This document shows, piece by piece, positions 1 through 7,572 of a stretch of 32,000 nt of DNA (positions within the stretch are counted from its first letter, which is position 1; every line of letters starts with the position of its first letter). Source of the stretch: Zymomonas mobilis subsp. mobilis ATCC 10988 (GTDB taxonomy: Bacteria; Pseudomonadota; Alphaproteobacteria; Sphingomonadales; Sphingomonadaceae); the NCBI RefSeq assembly GCF_000175255.2, contig NC_017262.1:1350001-1382000 (forward strand), written 5' to 3'. The notes beneath the pieces were generated by a model, which saw only the letters and a program-made list of their open reading frames with translations, did not search any database and had not been told where the DNA came from. Position numbers and translations under genes: made by a program.

Positions 1-1
1 T

Positions 2-1159
2 GCCGCTGGAGAACATTCTGGTCACGATCATTTTTTCTCTAGCTTTTTTCATTTTGCAGCAGCCTTAGATAATAATTTTGGCCGGATGATTGCCTATAGC
101 CGTCGTGATGCAGCGGCGAATAACCTGCTCTATATTGAAACGATGCAGAATCCGAAGGTGGTGTCGACTTTTGCACGAAGTGTTTTGCAAGACGCAAAAG
201 GCAAAAATTCGCCGGAGGATTTATGGAAAGTCGTGAAAAATCGTCTTCCGGCGGCGGTAGCGGCAGCAAAGGCTGAAACCACGGAAGCGGAGGCGCAATC
301 TCGTCAGATATTACAATGCGATGGTCGCCAGCCAGATCCTGCTTGTTCGGTTACAATGCGTTATATGGTTTATGCTGTACGAGCGATGCCGCCTGAAATG
401 GTTTTTGCGCAATTAGCGTTGGGTTTTGCCTTGGCGCATAGTGATCCAAGATGGGTCGGGGTGAATATTGTCGCACCAGAGGACGGTGCGGTTTCTATGC
501 AAGATTATGACCTACATATGCAGTTTTTCCGTTTTTTAAGGCAGTTATATCCTGATGTAAAAATCACACTCCATGCAGGTGAGCTGGCTTTACCATTAGT
601 GCCTACTGCCGGTTTGAGAGATCATATCCGGAAAGCGGTTTTTGTTGCAGGTGCTGACCGTATCGGTCACGGAATTGATATTGGATCAGAAATGAATCCG
701 GTCGAAATTTTGCATCATATGGCTGAACGTCCTGTGCCAGTTGAAATCAATTTATCCAGCAATGATGCTATCTTGAATATCAAGGGTAATCAGCATCCTT
801 TTGCTCTTTATCGTCAGTATAATGTACCTGTCGTTATTTCGACGGATGATGCCGGTGTCTCTCGTAATGATCTGACCACGGAATATATGCGAGCGATAGA
901 AGAGCAACATGTTTCTTATAGTGACTTGAAAAAGCTTTCCCGTGACAGTTTGGAATATGCTTTCTTGTCAGGAGAAAGCTTATGGCAGAAAAATACGGGG
1001 GAGAGCGTGAAGCCTGTCTGTAATGGTATAGCATTTACAGCTATGCCCCAAGGCAAATGCGCTGATTTCTTGGTAAAGAATGACAAAGCTGCCTTGCAGT
1101 GGAAATTGGAAGCAGCCTTTATTCGTTATGAAGAACAGGTCAGGGAAGGGGCTTTATAA
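2..1159 (+). CDS. add: Adenosine deaminase family protein, 5'-partial (frame open to window edge)
   Basis: ORF track 86..1159. I checked that the same frame has no stop back to nt 2, so the gene probably starts upstream of the window. ADA-family metal and catalytic motifs are present: HAGE, DRIGHG, STDDAGV, EINLSSN. Confidence 0.75.
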   Translation, partial: AAGEHSGHDHFFSSFFHFAAALDNNFGRMIAYSRRDAAANNLLYIETMQNPKVVSTFARSVLQDAKGKNSPEDLWKVVKNRLPAAVAAAKAETTEAEAQSRQILQCDGRQPDPACSVTMRYMVYAVRAMPPEMVFAQLALGFALAHSDPRWVGVNIVAPEDGAVSMQDYDLHMQFFRFLRQLYPDVKITLHAGELALPLVPTAGLRDHIRKAVFVAGADRIGHGIDIGSEMNPVEILHHMAERPVPVEINLSSNDAILNIKGNQHPFALYRQYNVPVVISTDDAGVSRNDLTTEYMRAIEEQHVSYSDLKKLSRDSLEYAFLSGESLWQKNTGESVKPVCNGIAFTAMPQGKCADFLVKNDKAALQWKLEAAFIRYEEQVREGAL

Positions 1160-1179
1160 GTTAAGGCAATTTTTTCGGA

Positions 1180-1635
1180 CTAGGTTATGTTGACAAAGAA
1201 AGGTAACCACAATTTTACGGCCGCGAGATGAAGGAAGGCGAGAAAAGATTTTCTGGTTTTGTCATAGCGTGTGGCAATGCGCCTGAACTGCTTTAGCTTA
1301 TTAAACATCCGCTCAATACGATTACGATCTTTGTAGTGCTGGAGATTATAAGGAATAGGCTTTTTTCGATTGGAACGAGGCGGGATAACAGGAAGAATGC
1401 CTCGAAAAAGCAGTTTTTCGCGTAACCTATCGCTATCATATCCTTTATCAGCGAGAAAACAGTGGGGTGTTGTGACAGGGATATCGATCAAGCTATCAGC
1501 GCCAGAATAATCAGAGACCTCACCACCGGTTAGTGCGAAAGCTAGAGGGCGGCCTTGACCATCGGAACGGGCGTGGATCTTGCTCGTAAAGCCTCCGCGG
1601 CTGCGACCAAAGCCTTCCTTATACGTCCCCCTTTT
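1180..1635 (-). CDS. IS5-family transposase OrfB (DDE catalytic part), probably made as an OrfAB fusion by -1 frameshift
   Basis: My translation of the -1 frame gives YKEGFGRSRGGFTSKIHARSDGQGRPLAFALTGGEVSDYSGADSLI, continuing into track ORF 1180..1491 (DKGYDSD...NRIERMFNKLKQFRRIATRYDK). There is no ATG upstream. The frames overlap at caaaaggggg (T4 at 1632-1635 on the plus strand). The upstream boundary is approximate. Confidence 0.7.
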   Translation of the reverse strand, partial: KRGTYKEGFGRSRGGFTSKIHARSDGQGRPLAFALTGGEVSDYSGADSLIDIPVTTPHCFLADKGYDSDRLREKLLFRGILPVIPPRSNRKKPIPYNLQHYKDRNRIERMFNKLKQFRRIATRYDKTRKSFLAFLHLAAVKLWLPFFVNIT

Positions 1636-2031
1636 GCGCCAGCCGCTTGGCTGTGGGCGCGAATAATCGTACTATCTATCATATGTTGCCAGTCATCTGT
1701 CAGGCCAAGGTCAACGAGAGTTTCAAGAAGAGCGTCCCACACACCCTGTTCTGCCCACCTACGAAACCGAACATAGACCGAATTCCATTTCCCATAACGT
1801 TCATGCATATCTCGCCACGGGCAGCCTGTTCGAAGCACATAAAGCATACCATTGAGAAATAACCGATTACTTTTGGCGGGACGCGCGCAGCGGCCTCGTT
1901 CGCTTGGAAGAAGACCCTGTATTATCTCCCACTCCGCGTCCGTCAGATCTCCTCGCATCCTATCTACCCTACAAAACTTGTTCTCAAGTTATCTCTAAAA
2001 ATCTTAAATTATACCCTTTGTCAACAGAACC
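1183..2031 (-). mobile_element. IS5-family (IS427-group-like) insertion sequence, 849 bp, copy A
   Basis: Terminal inverted repeats ggttatgttgacaaag (1183-1198) and the reverse complement of 2016-2031 (ggttctgttgacaaag) match at 15/16. It is flanked by TA (1181-1182 and 2032-2033) within ctag contexts. It carries two overlapping transposase ORFs. Confidence 0.85.
1542..1958 (-). CDS. IS5-family transposase OrfA (N-terminal DNA-binding part)
   Basis: 138 aa. The sequence LTDAEWEIIQGLLP...GCPWRDMHERYGKWNSVYVRFRRW is typical of IS5/IS427-group OrfA. Confidence 0.85.
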   Translation of the reverse strand: MRGDLTDAEWEIIQGLLPSERGRCARPAKSNRLFLNGMLYVLRTGCPWRDMHERYGKWNSVYVRFRRWAEQGVWDALLETLVDLGLTDDWQHMIDSTIIRAHSQAAGAKGGRIRKALVAAAEALRARSTPVPMVKAAL

Positions 2032-2088
2032 TAGGTACTCAAATTGCCTAAAAACGGACTGTTTAAAACGACTATTATCGTTTTTAAG

Positions 2089-2130
2089 GGGGCAATAAAG
2101 ATCACATATCTTGTGAATATTTATTGCCCC
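2089..2130 (-). terminator. Stem-loop directly downstream of the phosphoribosyltransferase gene (no U-tract)
   Basis: Perfect 11-bp inverted repeat: ggggcaataaa (2089-2099) and tttattgcccc (2120-2130). No T-run follows on the minus strand, so terminator function is uncertain. Confidence 0.35.
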
Positions 2131-2137
2131 AAGCCTA

Positions 2138-2659
2138 TTAGGCCAGCCGTTCTGGAATAGAATTGGCTTCTTCGTTAATTGTATCCTGACTACCCATGGC
2201 TTCCCAAGGGAAGATCAGCCAGCTTTTATCGACATCACGGTCGATGCTGCGCGCAGTGATGTCAACCCGCGCTTTTGAGCGGATATTATCTAATAAAACC
2301 GCAAAACGGACATTTTGAGTAACGGCACCATTTTTATCCATCATTTGGCGCAAATAGGCGATGGTGCCGCCGGAATCATTGATGTCATCAACAAAAAGCA
2401 GCTTACGTCCTGCAATGGTTAATTGCGCCAGTTTTAAGAGCAACTCATCAGCAAAATCAAAGACTTTAGACGAGTGATCAACCGAAAGCATTGGGACATT
2501 TAGGCAGTGGGACAAGTAAACGGCTGGAACCAAACCGCCTCGTCCTACCCCGACTACAAAATCGGGATATTCGTTGCTGTTTTCTACTTTTTTAGCCAGC
2601 GATTTTACATCACTGATAAAAGATTCATTATCGATATGGGTAAATTCAATTTGCGCCAT
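2138..2659 (-). CDS. Type I purine phosphoribosyltransferase, Gpt-like
   Basis: PRPP-binding motif LLFVDDINDSGGT. The C-terminal SWLIFPWEAMG resembles the Gpt TWIEQPWDMG motif. The ATG at 2657-2659 (MAQIEF...) is preferred over the TTG at 2668 used in the track. Confidence 0.7.
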   Translation of the reverse strand: MAQIEFTHIDNESFISDVKSLAKKVENSNEYPDFVVGVGRGGLVPAVYLSHCLNVPMLSVDHSSKVFDFADELLLKLAQLTIAGRKLLFVDDINDSGGTIAYLRQMMDKNGAVTQNVRFAVLLDNIRSKARVDITARSIDRDVDKSWLIFPWEAMGSQDTINEEANSIPERLA

Positions 2660-2736
2660 AATACTCAATATTCCGTTTAGGGAAATGATACATAAAGGGA
2701 AGCCTATATCCTATTTTTCATGATTTGTCGGATTAT

Positions 2737-3413
2737 TCAGCGAGGGATATGAACGAAATTATCGCCGGATGTAAGCTGTAAATTATCGATGGCTTCCTTG
2801 TTAAGTCTTATCTGTGTGCTATCTTTTTTCTCTTCGCTAAGAAAAGCATAGCTGGCTCGAAAATCTTTTAAGCGACCTGTTGCAACGACGGATAGTTGTC
2901 CTTCACCCTCATTAAGGGCAGCGGTTTCTAGCGTGGCTTCTTTTGCATGGGCGACAGAAATAATGTGATCGGTTTCAGCGACCATTGTGGGCCCACCGTC
3001 AAAAATATCGACATAGCCATTTGAAGAGAAGCCTTCTTTTTGAAGCATCCGCATGGCTGGCCTGCCACTTGTATGGGGATGACCAATAACTTCGCGTGCA
3101 GATTCTGGTAACAAGGCAGTATAGATCGGGTAGTCAGGCATTAAATCCGAAATAAAATGATTACCCTTAATAGAATTGAGATAGTCTGCTTCCTGAAAAG
3201 ACATTCCGAAAAATTTGTTACCTAGTCCGTCCCAAAACGGAGATTTGCCATTCTCATCAATAACGCCGCGTAATTCAGCCAGAAAACGGTCTGCAAAGCG
3301 GGCGCGATGTAATTTGATAAAAAGATAGCGGGATCGTGCCAGCAATAGACCAAGGCCACCGGTACGGTGATCAGGATGTAAAAATAAACCGCCGACTTCG
3401 GAACAGCCTTCTA
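2737..3413 (-). pseudogene. astA: Arginine N-succinyltransferase (AstA) remnant, lacking roughly the first 110 codons, truncated by IS copy B
   Basis: SPFWDGLGNKFFGMSFQEADYL...LMPDYPIYTALLPESA...YVDIFDGGPTMVAE matches the C-terminal two-thirds of AstA. The frame stays open upstream of the track start (…EGCSEVGGLFLHPDHRTGGLGLLLARSRY), runs into the IS end at 3414, and stops inside the IS at 3424-3426. Confidence 0.8.
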
Positions 3414-3423
3414 GGCTCAGGAC

Positions 3424-3866
3424 TCATTCTTTGAGATAGAAGATGAAACTTGCTGCGATATGGATTGCTGACATGAATGTGTGAGCGCACCGGTCGTATC
3501 GTGTTGCGACACGCCGCCAGTCTTTGAGCTTTGCGAACATATTTTCGATGAGGTGACGCTTTTTATACAGATGCCAGTCGTAAGGCGGCTTTGATTTCCG
3601 GTTCTTCTTCGGCGGAATACAGGCGGTGATATTCCGGTCTGCGAGAGACTGTCTGATTTTATTACTGTCGTATCCCCGGTCCCCGAGAATTTCTTGTGTT
3701 TCTTCCGGCAGATTTGCCAGCAGAACATCCGCGCCTTTGAAGTCACTGACCTGACCTGCGGTCAGATGCAGCCGGACAGGGCGGCCCTGACTATCGCATA
3801 CAGCGTGAAGCTTTGAGTTCAGTCCGCCTTTCGTGCGTCCGATATGGCGGGGAAAAGCCCCTTTTT
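3424..3866 (-). CDS. IS5-family transposase OrfB (DDE domain), -1 frame relative to OrfA
   Basis: This frame is not in the ORF track because it has no start codon. My translation is KGAFPRHIGRTKGGLNSKLHAVCDSQGRPVRLHLTAGQVSDFKGADVLLANLPEETQEILGDRGYDSNKIRQSLADRNITACIPPKKNRKSKPPYDWHLYKKRHLIENMFAKLKDWRRVATRYDRCAHTFMSAIHIAASFIFYLKE, with stop TGA at 3424-3426. The frames overlap at ctcaaaaagggg (T5 at 3862-3866). Confidence 0.75.
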
Positions 3867-4220
3867 GAGCAGGGAGGCCGCTGTCCGGTGTGCTTTCAGA
3901 TGTGTTGCATCGATCATCAGACGCTTCGAACGGCCTGCCTGCTCCGTCAGGGCGACGAAGATCCGGTCAAAGACACCCAGGCGGCTCCACCGGATAAACC
4001 GGTTGTATAAAGTCTTGTGCGGGCCATACGCTTTCGGGGCGTCTTTCCACTGAAGGCCGTTGCGGATCACGTAAACGATCCCGCTCAGGACACGACGGTC
4101 ATCGACACGCGGCACACCATGCGCCAGTGGAAAAAACGGCTTAATCCGTTCCATCTGGTGCTCAGACAGCAAAAACACGTCACTCACAGCTTCACCTCCA
4201 TCGGTAAACCTGTGAATCAC
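3819..4220 (-). CDS. IS5-family transposase OrfA
   Basis: 133 aa. The sequence LSEHQMERIKPFFPLAHGVPRVDDRRVLSGIVYVIRNGLQWKDAP...YNRFIRWSRLGVF is typical of the family. The exact start is uncertain (GTG at 4220). Confidence 0.85.
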   Translation of the reverse strand: MIHRFTDGGEAVSDVFLLSEHQMERIKPFFPLAHGVPRVDDRRVLSGIVYVIRNGLQWKDAPKAYGPHKTLYNRFIRWSRLGVFDRIFVALTEQAGRSKRLMIDATHLKAHRTAASLLKKGLFPAISDARKAD

Positions 4221-4564
4221 AACAGCCCGCTCAACTCAAGAAATTAACAGGTCCTGAGCCTAGTTTTATAAGATTGCTCACAGGATCAATTTTTCAGGCA
4301 TCCTAAAAATAAAAAGCATTATATATAATGAAAATCTTTATCATTAAAACGCTATCAAAAATAATATAGAAGGCTTTCTTAATATTCATTCAAAACCAAT
4401 ATTATTAAATGATGAAATAATATCATTCACATTTCCAAAATATTACGCTTTCTTAAATCAGTATATTGATTAAACCCCATAATGGAAAAAATTAGTCTTT
4501 GAGACTATTCTTTTCAAAGCCTAAAAAGCATTGATTCTCTCAAGACTTATTTTGGAATAATATT

Positions 4565-5308
4565 ATGCGGGTTGCTTTGTTTGTTCCCTGTTATGTGGAC
4601 GAATTTCATCCAGAAGTAGGCATCGCCACCCTCGAATTGCTAGAAAAGCTGGGGGTTGATGTCGAATATCCACCAGAACAGACATGTTGTGGTCAGCCGA
4701 TGACCAATTCTGGCTGTCATGAGGAATCGGCGGCAACGGAAGCCAATTTTGTCCGCAATTTTGCCGGTTATGATTATATTGTCAGCCCTTCGGGAAGCTG
4801 TACCCATCATGTCCGTGCCAATATGGATGCGGTCGAACAAAGTGATGCGGTGAAAGAAGTCCGCAGCCGTAGCTTTGAACTGGTCGAATTTCTCCATGAT
4901 ATTCTGAAAGTCGAAGCCTTTCCTTGGGCGGAATTTCCTCACAAAGTAGCCTTGCACAATAACTGTAATGCCCTTCGCGGCCTGAATATCGCCAGCATGT
5001 CAGAATTGCGGGTGCCGTTTTTCTCAAAGCCCAAATCGCTTCTTGAAAAGGTCAAAGGCCTGACCTTTACCGAATTGGAACGCCCTGACGAATGTTGCGG
5101 CTTTGGCGGCACTTTTTCTGTCTTTGAAGAAGGGGTCTCGACCGCCATGGGCTACGACAAGGTGCAAGACCAATATCGCTCAGGTGCAGAATATGTCACC
5201 TCTTCCGACAGCTCTTGTATGATGCATCAACAGGGCTGTGCTGAACGCTTGGGACTCCCGTTAAAATATATTCATATTGCCCAAATCTTGAACGGAGCGC
5301 GTGAATAA
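4565..5308 (+). CDS. lutA: L-lactate utilization protein LutA ((Fe-S)-binding, cysteine-rich CCG-domain oxidoreductase; YkgE-like)
   Basis: 247 aa with two CCG-type motifs (TCCGQP, ECCGFGG). It is the first gene of a lutABC-type triplet. Confidence 0.85.
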   Translation: MRVALFVPCYVDEFHPEVGIATLELLEKLGVDVEYPPEQTCCGQPMTNSGCHEESAATEANFVRNFAGYDYIVSPSGSCTHHVRANMDAVEQSDAVKEVRSRSFELVEFLHDILKVEAFPWAEFPHKVALHNNCNALRGLNIASMSELRVPFFSKPKSLLEKVKGLTFTELERPDECCGFGGTFSVFEEGVSTAMGYDKVQDQYRSGAEYVTSSDSSCMMHQQGCAERLGLPLKYIHIAQILNGARE

Positions 5309-6750
5309 TGGAAAAATCGGATCCAACCGCTTTAACCGAAGCCCAACCACGAGGTGCCGTTATCAAAGGCAACCATCCGGTCGATCAATCAGAAGCAGCC
5401 AACCGCTTCATTGCCGCGCCCCGTCATGAAAAATCCCATGATAAAAGATTGTGGGAATTGCGGAAAAGACGCGATCACGCGATGCATTCCATCGAAGAAT
5501 GGGAAGAATTGCGACAACTGGCATCCGATATCAAAAGCCATACTCTGTCTCGGCTGGATGAATATCTGCTGGAATTTGAAAAGAACGCCACCGCCAACGG
5601 GGTGCATGTCCATTGGGCATTAGATGCCGAAGAACATAACAAAATCGTCCTCGACATTCTGAACAGCCATAAAGCCAAACGCTTCATCAAAAGCAAATCC
5701 ATGCTGACCGAAGAATGTGGCCTGCGGGATTATCTTAAAAAAGCGGATATCGAGGTTGTTGAAACGGATCTTGGCGAACGGATTCAACAGCTCGATAACG
5801 AAGACCCAAGCCATGTCGTGGTTCCGGCTGTGCATAAACTCTGCGAAGATGTCGCACAGGTCTTTCACAAAAGCTATGGCTCGGACGAACATAACGCCGA
5901 TGCCCATTATCTCGCCGAATGTCAGAGGGAAGCGACACGGCCGCTTATTCTCTCGGCTGATGCCGGCATGACCGGTTGCAACTATGCGGTCGCCGAAACA
6001 GGCAGCATTGTGGTCTGCACCAATGAAGGCAATGCCGATCTTTCGGCGAATGTCCCGCCACTCCATATCGCTTCTGTCGGGATTGAAAAGGTCATCCCCC
6101 GCCTTGAAGATGTGCCGGTCTTTGTCCGGCTGTTATCACGCAGCGCTTTGGGATCACCGATTACGCAATATACCTCACATTTCCGCGCGCCGAGAAAAGG
6201 CGGCGAAATGCATATTATTCTTGTTGATAATGGCCGTTCGGAAAGACTGAAAAACGAAACATTTCGCCATTCACTGAAATGTATTCGCTGCGGCGCTTGC
6301 ATGAATACCTGTCCGGTTTTCCGCCGCTCGGGAGGTCTCAGCTATGGGGCAACCTATGCTGGTCCCATTGGCCTGATTATCGACCCGACCTATAATCTCC
6401 ATAAATATAGCCGCTTGCCGTTTTCTTCGACCTTGAATGGCAGTTGTGCCAATGTCTGTCCGGTCAAAATCAATATCCATGAACAGATCGCGTCTTGGCG
6501 GCAATTTATTTCAGAAAATCACGAATTACCTTTTGTGAAAAAGGCAATGATGAAATCAGCCGGAGCCTTACTCTCCAGTCCGAAACTCTATCGGAAAGCC
6601 CTACCGATCACGAACAGCATCCTGCGGCATTTACCGCATTTTGCGATTTATAACCGCTTGAACAGTTGGACAACCGGACGGGAAATGCCGGAGGTAAAAC
6701 GCGAAACCTTCTATCAGTGGTATCAGAAAAACAGAGGGAAAAAAGCATGA
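5308..6750 (+). CDS. lutB: L-lactate utilization iron-sulfur protein LutB (YkgF-like)
   Basis: 480 aa with 4Fe-4S ferredoxin motifs (CIRCGACMNTCP, CANVCP) and a DUF162/LUD domain. Its start overlaps the lutA stop (TAATG). Confidence 0.85.
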   Translation: MEKSDPTALTEAQPRGAVIKGNHPVDQSEAANRFIAAPRHEKSHDKRLWELRKRRDHAMHSIEEWEELRQLASDIKSHTLSRLDEYLLEFEKNATANGVHVHWALDAEEHNKIVLDILNSHKAKRFIKSKSMLTEECGLRDYLKKADIEVVETDLGERIQQLDNEDPSHVVVPAVHKLCEDVAQVFHKSYGSDEHNADAHYLAECQREATRPLILSADAGMTGCNYAVAETGSIVVCTNEGNADLSANVPPLHIASVGIEKVIPRLEDVPVFVRLLSRSALGSPITQYTSHFRAPRKGGEMHIILVDNGRSERLKNETFRHSLKCIRCGACMNTCPVFRRSGGLSYGATYAGPIGLIIDPTYNLHKYSRLPFSSTLNGSCANVCPVKINIHEQIASWRQFISENHELPFVKKAMMKSAGALLSSPKLYRKALPITNSILRHLPHFAIYNRLNSWTTGREMPEVKRETFYQWYQKNRGKKA

Positions 6751-7343
6751 CCAGCCGTCAACGCATTCTCGACAATATCGCGCTTGCCCGCCATGATGCC
6801 GAACATCCTCTACCGAAGGTGCCGCTTTTCGATGACAAAGCGGCGACAACCGATCTGGTAAGCCAATTCACCCAAGCGGTTATCAATATGGGCGGTGAGG
6901 TTGCCGCGCTAGAAGGTCAAAGCTTGGCGGAATTGGTTGATAAAAAGACCAAAGACGCAAAAATCATCTGCTCCCATGTCGAAGAAATAAAGGGCAATTT
7001 CCCGCTAACCACCGACACCCAACCAACCGATTTGAAAGATGTTGATTTCGGCATTGTCCGAGCGTCTTTCGCGGTCGCTGAAACCGGTTCACTTTGCCTG
7101 ACAGACAGCAATTTTGGTATCAATACATTGGGTTATCTGCCGCAACATCTGATTGTTTTGGTCGATCCGGCTGATATCCTGTTTAACCTGCATAATGCCT
7201 ATCAACGGCCAGAATGGCGCGAACATGGCTATGCTGTTTTCCATACAGGGCCTTCCGCCACGGCCGACATCGAAGGGATTCTTATCCACGGTGCGCAAGG
7301 TGTCCGTTCTCTTTTGGTGATTTTGCAACCGCGCCAAGCGTAA
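6747..7343 (+). CDS. lutC: L-lactate utilization protein LutC (LUD domain, YkgG-like)
   Basis: The internal ATG at 6747 overlaps the lutB stop (ATGA). The product (MTSRQRILDNI...) has the typical ~198 aa size. The 27-aa N-terminal extension in the track lies inside lutB. Confidence 0.8.
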   Translation: MTSRQRILDNIALARHDAEHPLPKVPLFDDKAATTDLVSQFTQAVINMGGEVAALEGQSLAELVDKKTKDAKIICSHVEEIKGNFPLTTDTQPTDLKDVDFGIVRASFAVAETGSLCLTDSNFGINTLGYLPQHLIVLVDPADILFNLHNAYQRPEWREHGYAVFHTGPSATADIEGILIHGAQGVRSLLVILQPRQA

Positions 7344-7347
7344 TTTC

Positions 7348-7394
7348 TTACCCGTCTCTCTTCCCAGATTAGAGACGGGTAAAATCAATTTTTC
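7348..7394 (+). terminator. Rho-independent terminator after lutC
   Basis: 12-bp stem ttacccgtctct (7348-7359) / agagacgggtaa (7371-7382), followed shortly by a T-run (caattttt). Confidence 0.6.
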
Positions 7395-7451
7395 TAATCC
7401 GATAAAAGGCGGAAGAAATCTTTATCCCCGCAAGCTGAAAGGCTTTAAACT

Positions 7452-7510
7452 TAAAAAAACACCCTATCAAAAGAAGGCCTCTCAACCCAAAAGGCTTTCC
7501 TTTGATAGGG
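7452..7510 (-). terminator. Rho-independent terminator of the minus-strand operon ending at 7573
   Basis: ~18-bp imperfect stem (ccctatcaaaagaaggcc / ggctttcctttgataggg, 7462-7510), followed on the minus strand by T7 (the A-run at 7453-7459). Confidence 0.7.
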
Positions 7511-7572
7511 CATTCCATCATTCAGGCTATACGGAGATAGGCTTCAATCAATCTATCCGAAAACAGCCGAAT

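Larger units (their letters stand above)
3414..4260 (-). mobile_element. IS5-family (IS427-group-like) insertion sequence, 847 bp, copy B (a different element from copy A)
   Basis: The termini are ggctcaggac (3414-3423) and gtcctgagcc (4251-4260), a perfect 10-bp IR. It is flanked by TA (3412-3413 and 4261-4262). It carries two overlapping transposase frames. Confidence 0.85.

Noticed and set aside
39-269. 76-aa minus-strand ORF at the left edge
   Set aside because: It overlaps the adenosine deaminase frame, which is open to the window edge. It has no motifs and is likely spurious.
3417-3746. 109-aa ORF from the track inside IS copy B (MTSKARMFCWQICRKK...)
   Set aside because: It is low-complexity, S/T/R-rich and has no transposase similarity. 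A different minus-strand frame over the same DNA translates to a clean DDE transposase C-terminus (DRGYDSNK...ENMFAKLKDWRRVATRYD), so this ORF is an out-of-frame artefact.
1183-4260. Composite transposon formed by the two IS copies
   Set aside because: The two elements have different terminal repeats and clearly different transposase sequences, so they are not two copies of one IS and would not mobilise the intervening DNA as a classical composite transposon.
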